Assembly (NCBI RefSeq): GCF_027921745.1
Contig: NC_079238.1
Location: 1,550,001-1,614,000 of the forward strand
Source: Schizosaccharomyces osmophilus
Taxonomy: Eukaryota
Reading direction: 5' to 3'
DNA length: 64,000 bases
Shown here piece after piece: positions 1 through 13,899 of this stretch (position 1 is the first letter of the stretch; every line of letters begins with the position of its first letter). The translations under genes and the position numbers were made by a program. The notes below the pieces were generated by a model, which saw only the letters and a program-made list of their open reading frames with translations, was not told the origin of the DNA and made no database searches.

Positions 1-676
1 ATAGACATCCATACACGTTATAGCATCATCATGAGAATCCATAAAAAATCGGAATTGACGCCCGTTTTCTGCTTGTCTAGTCATTATGATGGCACCAACA
101 CGACCATCCACAAAACCAAATCCAAAAATTTGTTTATGTAATTTCATAATTGTAATGGTATGAATTAGAGATCCATCTGAGCTAGCATGCAATACAGACC
201 TCTCCACTTTTCCAGTATTTGGATCAGAGACTGATATAGACCCTGTAAGCCGGTTACCAGCAAACAAACGTCCACTTAGAAAATCGTAATACAAATCAGT
301 CAATTGCCCGACACGACAATCATACTGAACAGTTTGACCTTTTCCACGCTCATATGCTCTGGTAATAGCTGATCTCAATAAATACTCCTGTCTCCAAGTT
401 CCATTGCCCAGAGGACTGAATTCATGAAAGTCATTGGCATCAAAATGATAGAAAAATGCAGTACGCCAACTTAAATCATCCGATAATAATCTATTCCAAA
501 ATTTACAAGTGCATTGAACCGATAATAAGGAGCGCGGTTCAAGGAATGAAAAGACTATAATAAGGATTTCTATGTAAACGTTAGATATCACCCACACGCC
601 TTCAAAGACACATACCTTTTGGTAAATTTTGTATGCCCAATCCTTTTATTTCATTTACACTTTGGACACTATTCAT
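1..676 (-). CDS. pof10: F-box/WD-repeat protein Pof10-like, 5' part (runs off the window); one intron at about 616-572
   Basis: Manual translation gives MNSVQSVNEIKGLGIQNLPK, a GTATGT intron, then EILIIVFSFLEPRSLLSVQCTCKFWNRLLSDDLSWR (F-box). It neighbours rio2, as I recall it does in S. pombe. Confidence 0.75.
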
Positions 677-1060
677 TCCTTTTGTGGTAATGAAATTAAC
701 GAATTTTGCGTTTGGTGTTTGGCAAGTTCTTGATGGCAATGAAAAGCAATACTTCACTTGTACTTGAAGCTGCACTCTTTTGATGCCTTCAATTAATTAG
801 AAAAATTAAGACTAATTTGAAACCGTAAGTGCGTCAAACGCTTTAAAAACTGTAAGTGATTTGCTACCGCTGACTTAACAATTTTTTAAAGTATGAATTA
901 CAGGATTAAAAATATTAAGATAACTTAATATTATTATTGCTTAAAGTACATTTAAATACCAGTTCGATTTTTTTATATCCATTATTAACAATAACCAAAA
1001 CCTTCGCAAAAGCTCCCCTGAGATTTCCTTAGAATAAAAAACTAGTTATTACCAAAATCT

Positions 1061-2227
1061 TTATTCGCCATCCTCTTCTTCCTCTTCAGAACTTTCTTCC
1101 TTCTGTTCTTCGTCCTCTTCAGGCTCCAATTCACCCTTGCTCTTTCGTTCTTCTATATCTTTTCTATATCGTTCTAATTCCTTCGCCTGCTTTTTATTAA
1201 AACCAGTGGCTTCAACAAGCACATCCAAGGAATTTTCTTTCTCCATATTTATTATATCGTCGAAGTCAGGAACAGGGCCTTCATATACATAGTGCTTTTT
1301 AAAATAATCAACAATGCAGTTCAAATCACGTTCAAAGTACCATTTGGCATCAGGATGGCTAGTAGAAACCATCTGAGGAAAGTCGATAATAACTGGCGTA
1401 CCGTCTTCATAGACGATGATATTGAATTCATTATAATCACCATGAATCAAACCGTTTCTCGCTAACCGCACTAAAATATCTATAAGTCTTTTATAAAGAT
1501 CAGCAGGATCTTTGACTTCTTGAATTGCTCGCAAAGGAAAGGCATCAATGAATTCCATAATAACGCAATGTCTAGAATGATCAATTGGTTTGGGAATAGG
1601 AAATCCATGCTCGTAAAGGATTTTCATAAATGTAAACTCTTTTGTAGCAGCCAACCTAGAGAGGTATTGCCATGAGCTTGTTTTCCTATTTTTTAAATAG
1701 TCTCTGTTATTCTTGACGCTACGGAAGGAGGTTCTTCCCAGACGATGAATTTTTAATATGTACTGCTTTCCTTTCTGGTCACTAACGACATATACATCCG
1801 ACTCTTTTCCAACACCAATCTGATTGCCGACAGAATATACACTTGCACGTTTCGATAATGCTTTCAAGGCTAAGTAGTCATAGCCTGCAGAGGTCAACCT
1901 GTATCCGTCATAACTAATATGAGGCATTTTAGCAATTAATTTTGTCATATATAAAATAGACAAAGATTTAGCGCAGGTTCCTCCTCTTAATTTTGCAATT
2001 TGATTGATCATGCTAGTAGGAACAACTTCATGGTTACGACTTCCCATTTCAACCTATACGTATTAGCTTATTGTTATTTTTTCTTTTCAGTAGATATTAT
2101 CAAGCTACTGAAGACCATCAATAGTTTGTGTCATTCGAAGTGCTTTCAAAATTTTACATACAGCTGTCAAAGTTCGAAAATCCTCTGCGGACAAATACCG
2201 CATGGATTTTATGTTTAAATTCACCAT
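1061..2227 (-). CDS. rio2: RIO2 atypical kinase (pre-40S maturation); exons 2227-2162 and 2053-1061
   Basis: Motifs [57 protein letters not shown]..TAG intron. Confidence 0.95.
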
Positions 2228-2576
2228 CGCGATAAACTATTTCTAGAAATCTTTAAAAAAACTGTTGGATATTGAGAAGTGGTGTTGTGTCGCGTTGGCA
2301 AGAGCAAATGGTGAAATAAGGTAATAATATGAATAGGGATGCATCTATGGCCCTAGGCGTATTTTATTCATTTTCATTTAGCGGAATTATATCTAGCTTA
2401 GTAAATGAATTTAATTTACAAAGTTTAAATATATTATTTCAAAATGTAAGCTATTTAGTCGCATTGCATACTATAATTTAAGGTAATTTTCTTACATATA
2501 CAATTTCCTCTTTCCTTCAGCGGAATGAGACTATCTTTTCTTATTACTATGTGTAAATACTCGTAATCGTAATGCA

Positions 2577-4844
2577 TTAACAACGTTCAAAAACTGTATA
2601 CAGCCGTGGCAGACTGGCCACCTGAAAAATAGCCATTTGCTCAAAAAGCTCTTTGGGACAAATCAGTCTGCGGCGAAATTCTGGAAAGAAGAACTCTTCC
2701 AGTATTCGTTCCATATATAATATATCTTCAGAAGCAGTATTCTCTGGCGATAGCCTTAGAGGTACGTAAAGTTTTGCCAAGGCTTTCATGACTCCTTCTA
2801 GACAAGACCGTTCATCTAGCCAGTCAATCCTGTTAGGTGCAATATCCTTCAAAAACAACGGTAATCTATTCAAAAAGGGCTTATAACCTTTGCTTAGACA
2901 GGGAACAGCGCTAAGAAACCCTTCAGCAGATATATCTACCGAAAAATATTCATTTAACATATCCCGCCTGGCCATCAAAAGCTTTCTAGTTTTCTCAGAA
3001 AACTCATGATCCTCATTGGTAAATGAAATAGCTAAAATTTTATCAAGAGGAATTGGAGGATTCATGTATATTTTTCCATAATTTGCAAATTCACTTAGAC
3101 AAATTTGGTAGAAAAGAAAATAAGCTAGCTTTCCATAGTCAACTAGATATAAACCGATGTTATGCTGAATGGCTGCAATCCTCTTATACGGGCATACCAG
3201 CCCAACATATTTATGCTCGGAAAGAATGTTTGTAGCTAATAAATGCATTGAATTCAGAACTTCATTCTGAAGTTGTCTAATACTTTCTAATTCACAAGGG
3301 ATAACGGTTTGGTCTTCGGATTTTTCCCTCGCGTCTTCCTCCAGTGCTCCTTCAAATGAAGGAGACGGATGCATCAAAGGCTCAGCTGGCGTTCCTTCAT
3401 TACCCATTTCTTTAGTCGGTGAATTCTGTTTATTAGAATTCAAAGTGGCAGTCTTTTTGGGGGAAGAGAACATTGCCTTTATACTTTGTTCCCTAGGGTC
3501 TGTGCGTACCATATTGTTTTCGTATATCTTTTTGTTTTTTTGCGTTAGGAGTTCAGGCGTTTTAACCATTGTGATACTTGGAATTGTGGTTTGCATGGAA
3601 TAAGAACGTTGTTCATCTGTATTTTCCAAAAGCTCTACTAGCTTATCACTTATGGCACCAATTATTTCATGATCGTATAGAAAGTGAACTATTCGTTTAG
3701 AAGGGTGCACATTCACATCTAATTGCTCAGGCTTCATTGAAAGAGATAAATAAACAAAGTAGGATGCGCCTTTATGTAGAAACTTGGAATATGTTTCATC
3801 AACGGCGTTTTTCAATTCAATAGATTCCACGAGTCGATTATTAATGAATACAATAAAAATGCTTTTTTTATCCTCGTAATCAGCGCTGCTAACCAAACCA
3901 TCTGCGTGAAAGCTCTCTACATTGATAGCTCCTTCCGGAATTTTCAACACTCTCAAATGCTTTACAGCAAGGGTCCCGTAGACATGACGGATCTTGTCCT
4001 TTGTAGATAATCGAGAGCTAAGAGAAATAGACGCAACAGTTTCACCAACTTTTTTGCAAGAAAATGACACCATCTCGGAATGAATGGCATATTTCTGCAT
4101 CAGATTCAAAACCCGGCGATACTCTTCGCTACCATGTTTCAGAGCGGCCTTTCTGCCAGGTACGTTGTAAAAAAGTTCCTCAACCGTAATCACTGTGCCT
4201 TGTTTGCCGGCACAAGGTTGAGGAGCTGAAGTGTTATGAGGAGCTGCAGGAGCTAGCTTACCATCGACATAAAACGCTCTAAATTGAAAAGTAAGTTTCT
4301 TGCGTACAATTTGTAATCACGCATACCTCCACGCATGTAAATCTCCCTCACGTTTCGTTGTAATTGTCACTTTGGCAACATGGCTAATACTTGCCAAAGC
4401 TTCACCTCGAAATCCGAATGTTTGGATTTGTTGCAAATCCTCAAACTTTTCTAATTTTGATGTACTAAAACGTTGACAAAGGTAAGGTAAATCATCATAC
4501 TAACTATGTTAGTTTCTTTTGCAATACTCACTAGCAACAAAGGGTTTGCTTACATGAATCCCTGCACCATTATCTGAAATCTGTAAAAGTTTTAATCCAC
4601 CATCTTTTAACAGGACCTCTATCGACGTGCTTCCAGCATCCAAAGCATTTTCCAACAATTCCTTAACGGCATTTTCTGGACGTTCTATAATCTTTAGGTG
4701 GCGTCAGCAAACCGTTATATTGATTGAAATTTCATTCGAGTGGTTCTCTTTGACACTAAAACGTACCTCACCAGCAGCAATTTTATTTACAACAGCCGGA
4801 TTTAAAGGCCTTATTCGTCTCGTCTGGTATTCATCTTCTTTCAT
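2577..4844 (-). CDS. mlh1: MutL homologue Mlh1, with several 5' introns
   Basis: N-terminal [16 protein letters not shown] and GFRGEALAS (GHKL ATPase); DVNVHPSK; C-terminal FERC. Confidence 0.95.
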
Positions 4845-5097
4845 AATTTAAATATCAATACGAGATATACGTATATTTTGAACATAAAAATACTGTAGTC
4901 CTGTTTTCACGTTTCACTCTTTACCTAAAGTTTCATGGAAGCATCAGATATGGTGTTCATTAAGGTAGTGATAAAGTTGGCGACGCGAAACGAGTATACG
5001 GTAAACATGTAGCGTTTCTTATGAAATTTTAGACTTGTAGAGAACGAAACTTTGAATTTTCAACCTTCAAATTTTGGGAATATCGGTTTTGTGGAAA

Positions 5098-7264
5098 ATG
5101 GGAAAAGCAAACGTTAGAAGAAGGAATCAAAGGAAAAACAGATTGAACCCTTTGAAGAAACAAGATGGAGCCATCAAAGAATTGCCCTTGGATCTGAAAG
5201 AAAGTGCTTTACCAGTTCTTTCCAGAGTATGTGCTTAAAGATACTATTTATAGGAAGATTTGAAACTAACCAAAATTAGCTTGAAAATCCTGAAGCGAAA
5301 GAAAGGTCATGGGCCGCTAGTGCTATTTCTAGTATCATTGTAAGCAGCTCAGAGGGACGCTTACTACTCTTAAAGAATGGACTTGTTTCTAAGCTTATGA
5401 ATCGCTTGACTGATGACTCAATTGAAGTTGTTGTTGAAGTTACAGGTGCGTTTCGAAATCTTGCGATTGAGGAAGAATATGCGGTCCTGATGGACATGTA
5501 CAGGAAGAACATTCTCGCTCCTTTAGATACCTGGCAAAATAAGGTTTGCATACTCTTAAGTGAAGCACGAATGCTAATGATTTGACTTAGATTGATTCGT
5601 TTTTAGAAAACATCGTCCAAGAGAAAATACAGTTAGAAAGCTACGAAGACAAAGGATTCTTTAGTTGTCTTTGTGCTATTGCTGAAAATGTCGCATCTTT
5701 ATATCTAAATTTTGGGTATGTATTTGATTTCTTCTTTAGTACATTTATGTCTTAATACTAACAATTTAGCGAAACAACTTTCCAAGTGCTGAATTCTCTT
5801 AACCAAAAGAATGTTCTTTCATTCCTTTTCCGTTTAATCGTACCTGCGGCTAAGGTCCCCTTGCCTGTCGTCGAAACATCATTACAAGCTTTATTCACTT
5901 TGACCGATGACAACGACGGTGGCTTATTAACTTTCCTTCAAAATCCTAACAATACTCCGGATGCAATAATTGATCTTCTTCACTTTTACATGAAGAGTGA
6001 ATCACCTTTAGCCAAGGTCTACTCAGTAGGCTGTTTATTCAATATTTATCAATCTAAAGTGGTCGCTAAAAACTTTGGTGAGCTTTTGTCTTCCGAAAGC
6101 TTGTTGGAAATTTTGTCTAATGAATCTCTTCCGGTTTTAACGGCCTTGCTTCCAGACGAGCAAGCTTACTTAGATTTCGTTGACCGTGATTTACAATCCT
6201 TTAAAAAGAACGGACTTACTCAACTCAAGGACGAGGAAGCTATCCTATCTTCCGATCTTTTGGTAGTACCAGCCGCTTTGGAAATCCTTTCCTCTTTGAC
6301 ATCGTTGCTTCAAAGCCTTGCCGAGGGTCATGTTGAAGAAGAGTTTGGAGATTCGTTCGTTGCAGAAGATGATGGCAACAAAGCTTTGGAGGATCTATCA
6401 AGTGTAGTCGATGAGGAGCCAATGAATACAGACCAGGCCATGGACGTTGATGGTGCAACCAATGAAAAATCAAATTCCAAGCTAATTGAATACATGCTGG
6501 ATTCTGTTTTACCAAAATTAAGCTCATACTTTAGTTGGCTTTCGAAGTTCTCGTCTGACGATATTCCTTCTAATTTGAAAAGCTACTTGTTAGAAGTTTC
6601 GGAAAGAACAATTGAATGCTTAAACAACATATCGTGGTCATGTAATGGTGTCTTTACTGATGCTTCTGATTCTTCTAAAAAGTGGAATATACAGGCCAAC
6701 CAGCTCGTACAATGGCTTTTTAAAACCATATTTGCAGATTTGCATAATAACTCTTGGCCATTTAGTGCTGATACTTTCACAGTTAGTTGTGGACTTCTCT
6801 GGGCAGCTGCTAGAGCCGCTTCAGAAGTATCAAATTCCATTACTGCTGAACAAATAGCCTCCTTAATCGGCTATGCTTCGGCTCATGGATCCTTGGATGC
6901 ACAGGTCCGCATTTTCGGTGCCTTTGCTACTTTGGGCCGCACTGATAACATTTCAGTAAATGAAATAATAGGACAAACTCTGTTTTCCTGCCTTTCTTTG
7001 TCAGAGCCTAATCCACAATTGACTGTTGAAGCACTAAACACTATATACGACGTCTATGGCGATAAATCATATCCTTACGATGCTCCTGTTTTCCAGCAAA
7101 GGAACTATTTACAACAGTTGGCCAATTCCTTACCAAAGATCACTCAGATGGTTAAACGCATTAATCGTAAAAGCGATAGCTTGTTACGATTTCGAGCTGA
7201 GGAAGCTTTAGAAAATTTGGGTGCATTCATTGAATATAAACAGTCGGAATATACTGGTAATTAG
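5098..7264 (+). CDS. syo2: ARM/HEAT-repeat symportin (Syo1/HEATR3 family), 3 introns
   Basis: Basic N-terminus MGKANVRRRNQRKNRLNPL; GAFRNLAIEE; ALNTIYDVYGD..YD; C-terminal ALENLGAFIEYK. Confidence 0.8.
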
Positions 7265-7420
7265 CTTTTTTGGCAATAATATAAATAAATCTGGGCAAGT
7301 ACTGAAGGGTGTTTAAATATATACATAACACTAGCACTAATGAGTATAATTAAAACTTAAATCGAAACATTTCGTTGAACTTTCATTAAATACTTCTATA
7401 AATTACAATGACGCAGCTTT

Positions 7421-10034
7421 TTAAATTTGACCAAGAAGCATTTCGCTCACGTACGGTGCAACCGCAGGATTCATCGTGCTAACTTCAAGAACATGCCCCT
7501 CAATTGCTGAAAACAGCATTTTTCCTTGCTTTGACCGAACAAGATTTCGCAGAACAAGAGTCGCCGTCAATGCGATACCAGTCGCGTCACCGCGTTCATC
7601 CACAGCAGTTAAAAGCAAAGGAACACGAAATTCTCTTGAAGGGCATAACTTGCGACCGTCAGAATTTGTATTTTGGATATTATTATCGTACAAATGGGTC
7701 AAAATATGCTTTAATAGACGCTGATGAGACGTTTCCGGTAATCCACCCGACAAACCAGATTGTACTTGATAAGTACAATCTCCCCATCGACATTGCATTT
7801 CCTCTAGTACCTGAGGAAAAATATGTGATTCCTGAATATGTGCCCATGTTGATTTGGTTCCCAAGACGGTTTCTCCACATAAAGTACCATCATTTTTTTT
7901 CCATCTGCAAACTTGAAATTTTTCGCCTATTGTAGAAATTGGAAGTTCTCTTCGCTTAATTCCATTGATAACGTACTCAACTGGCAGCAATGGAGTTGAA
8001 ACTGTCATAGCCCTGGCATTATAAAACGCATGACTAGATACCTTTATAAAATCAGCAGGACTGATAGCCATCAGACCAGGTCCCTGAGCCCTTTCCATAT
8101 CAGAGCAGTACATCTGCCAGATATCAGTTTGTAATACATAATCATCTGGACTAGCTTCAAAGCAACACCTCATCCATTTCACTGAACGCTCAGGTTCTCG
8201 GAGCAAAGTAAGTTGCTGAAGCTCAGAATACGGCAGAGGCAAAAAAGGTGCTTTTTGTAAGGGTTTGGTGGGTTTCACATCTGTTTTTCCGCTGTTTGCA
8301 ACTGCGATCGTTACAAATCGTTCCTGAGCTTGATACATCATTAATCTAGTTAATTGGTTTACGAGAATCCAAACTGCAGAATTCGATAGTAATCCAGATG
8401 TGTTTGTTCGATACGTTGTATACTGATATAGGAAGTCAAGTGTGGCTGCAACAAGCTCCTCGTTATTCGTTTCAGTCAAAGAAATAATTCTGATAACTAC
8501 CTTTTCATCCAAATCTTGAAGAAGTCTATTATTTCGGTCATTCAAAGCAAGTCGAGCGAGAGTTCGCAAAGTGCCAATGAGTACAGCATTGTCCGATGAA
8601 TTAAGAAAGCTGCACAGTAGTAAATATAACCCAATTTTTTCATCTTCGATACTTAAGTGAGAACTAATTGTTTCTGTAATATCTAGACAATAATGGAGAA
8701 GTTCCACATTCTCAAAGGTATTGGCACATCGGATTGCAGACTCTAAAACACTGACTATCAATTCAGTTCTTGCAATTAGCTTTGCATTTTCCACAGATAA
8801 AACAGAATTTCGCAAAACTAAAGTAATACTAATTGCTCTGTCAAGGTATTGAGTGATATCTGAATCGTTGGAGACTTTTTTCAAGAGTGAAATTTGAAAA
8901 CCCAATGCCTCCACCAAGCACTCAGCCAAAAATGGTAATCTCTCCAGTTTAAACTCCTGATGTCTTTCAAATGATATTTTAACTAAATGACATACCGCCC
9001 AATCTACTTCGTCTTCTTGTCGAGATTTCAGAGCTAAAGCCATGCGAATCAATAGAGGAGGTCCAGGTAGCCCTCGACCTAATGATTCCTCAGTTGAAAT
9101 TGTTGATCCTGAAGCTCGATCAACTTGTTGCTGTAAGGGCGAATTTGCTGGCAAAGGATGAATAGGGATAATCGGAAAAGTAGTATTGGAAAAATTAGCT
9201 GCATTGGGTAGAGGTCGATAACTTGAGTTGAGTGCTTCTTCGGCACGTCGTTCAAGCGTAAGAGGAGACGGTGGACGGACGCTTTTATAAAAATTCTGCA
9301 GCGAATTCAAATTTTTGGTGTCTAAAGGAAGATATGATTGTTAGCGATCGTAAACACATATTCTAAAGCGAAGAAACCAGCATACCTGTAACTTCCAAAG
9401 TATCGGTCGATGTAAAAGAAGGCGAAGTGTTGAATGTTTTAACTCGTTGCAAAATATTGTCTCTAATAGATGGTCAGTGCTTTTGAATCTAGAGTAACGC
9501 AAGTAAATTGACGGGCAAGGCAATCAGAGTCAACTACGTACCTATTCAAATTTTGCTCCAAAAGATGAGGAGGAGGACATTGTAAATGCCACATATCAAA
9601 CATTTCCCAGGCGCTATCATTACTAATTAGGATGCATATTCGAAAAGATGAGTACGTACATCAAGTCTTTAAAGTATAAATTCTCTAGACTTTTAGGAGC
9701 CCTAGTGGGATCTAATTGTCGAAATTCCCCGGCGAGGTCGGACCATCCATTTTCCATATTATTTACAGCATCATAACCACCTCGCTTTTTTACTTTTTTA
9801 TATAATTCATAAATGGATATTTGCTTGCGCGTTACTTTTGGAATTGCATCAATGCTGATCCTATACAATTAATGATGTTAATTCTGTGTCTTGTTTTTCT
9901 ACGCATGTTGTCTTTACAAACCCTCGATCGCGCCCAAATAATTCAAGTTTAGAAAGAAAACTTTCCTCTTCATTTAGTCGATTAGTCTCATCATAATTAC
10001 TTTCATTCACAGTATTTTTTATGACTTGCGACAT
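7421..10034 (-). CDS. rsc9: RSC chromatin-remodelling subunit Rsc9 (ARID plus RFX-like winged helix), multi-exon
   Basis: ARID exon IYELYKKVKKRGGYDAV; LALKSRQEDEVDWA; GIALTATLVLRNL; ATG at 10034 by manual translation. Confidence 0.85.
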
Positions 10035-10430
10035 TTAGCACTTTGGTTATTTGTTTAGTTCGTTTACTGCCTCAGGAACCGTTACCGAAGTACAGAAACC
10101 CCCACTCAGCCTTAAGTGGGCTGGTTAGTTAACACAAGAGTATTGAAGAAGCCCCCACAACGACTTTTAAATCCCACATATTCTAGTTTCGAAATAAATT
10201 TTGATGGTTTTTCTTACAATTATAATTTGAGCTACCATTAAGTAATATTACTATAAAAAAATAACTTGGAAAACGTACATGTACACCTTTTCATGAATTA
10301 TGTCTGAAAAGGAATAAAATTCTAGCATATCGTGTGAACCTCTACATTCTATCTCTAAGAGATTCACTGTTTTTTTTGTATTACCTCGAGGAATTTTTCA
10401 TCGTGTGATTCTTTTGTGTCTTTGTTTTAC

Positions 10431-11137
10431 ATGGAAGATCCCATTTACAATTCGTTAAGACGTACGAATGCCAATGAGCATGTCACTCCTGAGAGTCTTG
10501 TTCACCAGAGCAAAATTTTAACCAAAGAGGAAGCTGAAAATGTGGTGAATGAAAAGATTGCGTTCAAGCCGGTTCTGCTTGTGCCTACTATGCCAGATGG
10601 AAAAAGAAAACAAACCGTCGATCGACAAAGTAGGAAAAAAAGGGCTTTGTCCTCAAAAGAAAAGCGAGATCTCCATCTAAATAGAGTACCTAAGCATTTG
10701 AAGTATGAACAGTTTGAACCTTTACACTCCATATGGTGCAATTACCTTGACGAGGCAATTGGCAATTCCACTGGTGAACCTCTTCTTGCTAAAATGATCA
10801 AAGCGGAGTTTCATGGATCTTACATGCGGGTCGTTCGCTGCAAGAGTCCTTCTCGTATTGGAATCGAGGGGATTTGCGTACATGAAAGCAAGAATATGCT
10901 TTCTCTTGTAACGAAAAATGATACCGTTGTGCGTAAGTTAAAGCAATTTTATTCTTGTGTTAGAGGCTTTTTAACTAACGCTTTATAGGAATTCCAAAAA
11001 CTGATACTATAATGCAAGTGATTGCTAATATGTCTAATAGACGTTTAGTTATAGAACTTTACGCTCATCATTTACTTTTTCGGGCTGGTGATCGATCCAA
11101 TCGACGATATAAAGGGAAAAACACGATAGATTTGTAA
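10431..11137 (+). CDS. pop4: RNase P/MRP subunit Pop4 (Rpp29); intron 10933-10988
   Basis: FEPLHSIWCNY; KAEFHGSYMRVVRCKSPSRIGIEGI; spliced C-terminus FRAGDRSNRRYKGKNTIDL. Confidence 0.9.
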
Positions 11138-11473
11138 CAATGTACTTTAGTAAATTATCTTATGGTTTGGGATTTTGAATTTTTTCAGTAATTTTGCGAA
11201 ATCTTTGAGATTTCAGGAAACGTCTAAACGAGTAAATTCTAGCATTATTAACTATACTAAACAACAATTAAAACAATTAAAACGGTCAAAACCATTCAAA
11301 CTACATTCAATCGCCCGAGAGTAACAGCAGAAAGTCGCTAAATTAAGCTTACATTAAGCTTCGTTTGCTTTCAATACACTGCTATAACTTTTGACTTCAC
11401 CATAAAAAAACACATTCCAACTTATAAACAGACGCCTTGGAAGCGAAAGAACTTGAGTGTTTATAAAAAAGGA

Positions 11474-12118
11474 ATGGATTGGGACGTGGACGAGCTGCTA
11501 GCTGAACCAACTACAGAAGTAGAGCAAGACTACTCTTCCCTCTGTAGGCAGTGGTTGAATGAGCGTATGGCTCCTGAATTACTTCCGTTTGCAGAAGACG
11601 TTGTTACAAGGGTTACAGAAAGACTTCGAGCTCAAGTGGAAACTTTACAAACTTCAATTGGAACTGCCAATGCCACTGGCTATCGTAGCGTGCTAATTCA
11701 AATTGAACTTGAGCGCATAAAATTTGTTTTAAGGTCTTATTTACGGACAAGATTGAGCAAAATCGACGATTATGGTCAGTATATTCAGGCAAATCCAAGT
11801 GTGCTCCTAAATTTATCATCAACTGAAAGACAGTACCTTTTACGGCATCAACAACTATTGCATAGACATTATATGACCTCTTTTCTTCGAGAACTTCCTA
11901 TTAAGATGAATAAACTCGACGACACAATTGGAAGGACCAGTATGGTAGCAGCACCGGACATGGAGAGTCCCGTTTTTTGTATGGTTAATGAAACAATTGA
12001 AGAAAACCTTAGAGTGGCAGAAAATGAATATGTAACTTTGGATCGGGGTGATATTTTACTTTTGAAGTACTCGGCTATTGCAAATTATGTTCGTACTGGA
12101 GCTGTTTCCCTAATTTAA
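11474..12118 (+). CDS. sld5: GINS complex subunit Sld5
   Basis: WLNERMAPELLP; ELERIKFVLRSYLRTRLSKID. Confidence 0.92.
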   Translation: MDWDVDELLAEPTTEVEQDYSSLCRQWLNERMAPELLPFAEDVVTRVTERLRAQVETLQTSIGTANATGYRSVLIQIELERIKFVLRSYLRTRLSKIDDYGQYIQANPSVLLNLSSTERQYLLRHQQLLHRHYMTSFLRELPIKMNKLDDTIGRTSMVAAPDMESPVFCMVNETIEENLRVAENEYVTLDRGDILLLKYSAIANYVRTGAVSLI

Positions 12119-12285
12119 GCCTTCTTTTGTATTTTATAGACCTCAAAAATAACTCTAATACCTCTCGAATATTGATGTAACATCAATTCTATAACTAGAC
12201 AATAGCAATTTATGCAATCCTATATTTATTCTCCTTCATTTGACAAAGGTTGTGTAGGGTTTTTGAGAAACACACACTATGTTTT

Positions 12286-13393
12286 TCATTCAGTAGCATT
12301 TGTTAAATCATTGAACAAAAAGTGCTGTTCTCCAATACCGTAAGTTAATGTTTTTTCAGCAAAGCCAAGTTTGCAGCTTTGTAGCCTTTCAATCACATCG
12401 TCTAGAAGAATCGCACGCCCAACCGACGATCCTTCACCGGTTTCGTGATCAACATGCATGATGTGAACATGCAAATGGAAGTAAGAGGGAGGATCTAAAG
12501 TATTGTTAGAAAGCCAAGTCTTCGTAACAGCGAAAAACTACACATACAATGAACGAAAAGTTTTAGTTGGTTCTTATGCACAGGAAATTTTTTTGGAACA
12601 TCATTTAGCACACGGGAACGGACATTTTCCAACAAGGGTAAGTGCTCCAAAGTCAAATCTCGAATACTTGCTAAATCATTTCTGTGGACAATAGCCATCA
12701 AATTCAAGGCAGACATAGTTTGGCGGTCCCACTTTCTAAATAATAGTTAGAAAAAAAGTAAAAACTACTCCTATCTAAGATGGATGGGGAGTTTCAAACA
12801 TCATATATTTTTTTTCCACATACAAGTCCGGCAAAACAAGGAACCCATTTACTTTATCTGAATCCTCTAGAACTATACGTTCTGCTTCAGCTATGTGATT
12901 AAGGATGTTCTTGACCCATTGAATTTGAGGACCTCGCTGAGTTTCAATGAATGGTTTGACAATTCGAAGATATATTTCTGGGGTTTCCTGAACCATTCTG
13001 CGCTTTTGGGCCGAGTATTTTCGAATATGCTACATTTAATGGTTAAATTTTCAATTTTTAAAGAACCGATGTATAGCTTACATTTTCCGCAGCAGGCCAT
13101 ATCAAAGTAGTTTTCAAAGAAGGAAGATCATTGCTTTGAAGGAAAGTATTAAGGTACCAATGAAAAACGTCGTTGTTTTGCACAAGCCGAGTTTCCTGGA
13201 TATACTTTGGAATTTCTTGAAGGTTGATACAATGCAAATCAAAAGCTGTCTTCTCTAGTAGTACCAATGCGACCTTATTCTCGATATAGCCGTAAAGCGT
13301 TATTATCTTGTTCTTTGTATCCTCCTTTAAGACTTTTTCAAATTGAAAGTTTTGTAGCAGTCTGATTTTCTCGATAGATATTGCTTCACTCAT
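12286..13393 (-). CDS. nhm1: m7GpppX scavenger decapping enzyme DcpS/Nhm1, 3 introns
   Basis: NNDVFHW; ETPEIY; SIRDLTLEHLPLL; HIT-like motif PPSYFHLHVH spread over exons. Confidence 0.9.
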
Positions 13394-13899
13394 TTTGGTT
13401 ATGAGTTGCACTTGGGCTTTTGACACAGAAGCAGCTTACATAGCAAACAAGGCATTGACTGCACACAGTAATCATGTAGACGTACCTTTTTCTGCAATTT
13501 ATTTTCATCAAAAAATAAATAAGATATTTGAGTATGATTCCTTGATTGAAATCATCTGTAGAGCTACTAGGGATATTTGACTAGAATAAAAAAAATGAGT
13601 TTCAAGCCTTTTAAGTTTGTTTTTATATTAACGGTTCAATTGGCTTTCACTACTCAAACAATATTGAGAAAATGATCTGAGCAATCTCAATGTCAGTACC
13701 TTTAACGAACGATATTAACATCACAACACGACACGACATCGAGTGAAAGACTTCGCTTTTCTTTACTTCGACATTTTTCTTTATTATTTCATCCCTACAT
13801 GTGCTAGAATAATCTTTCAGAATCAACTATCAAATTGTAACTCTGCAAGGTTCTTAACTGTGTCTTCATGTACAATTTAAAGCTCGATTCCTTAAAGAC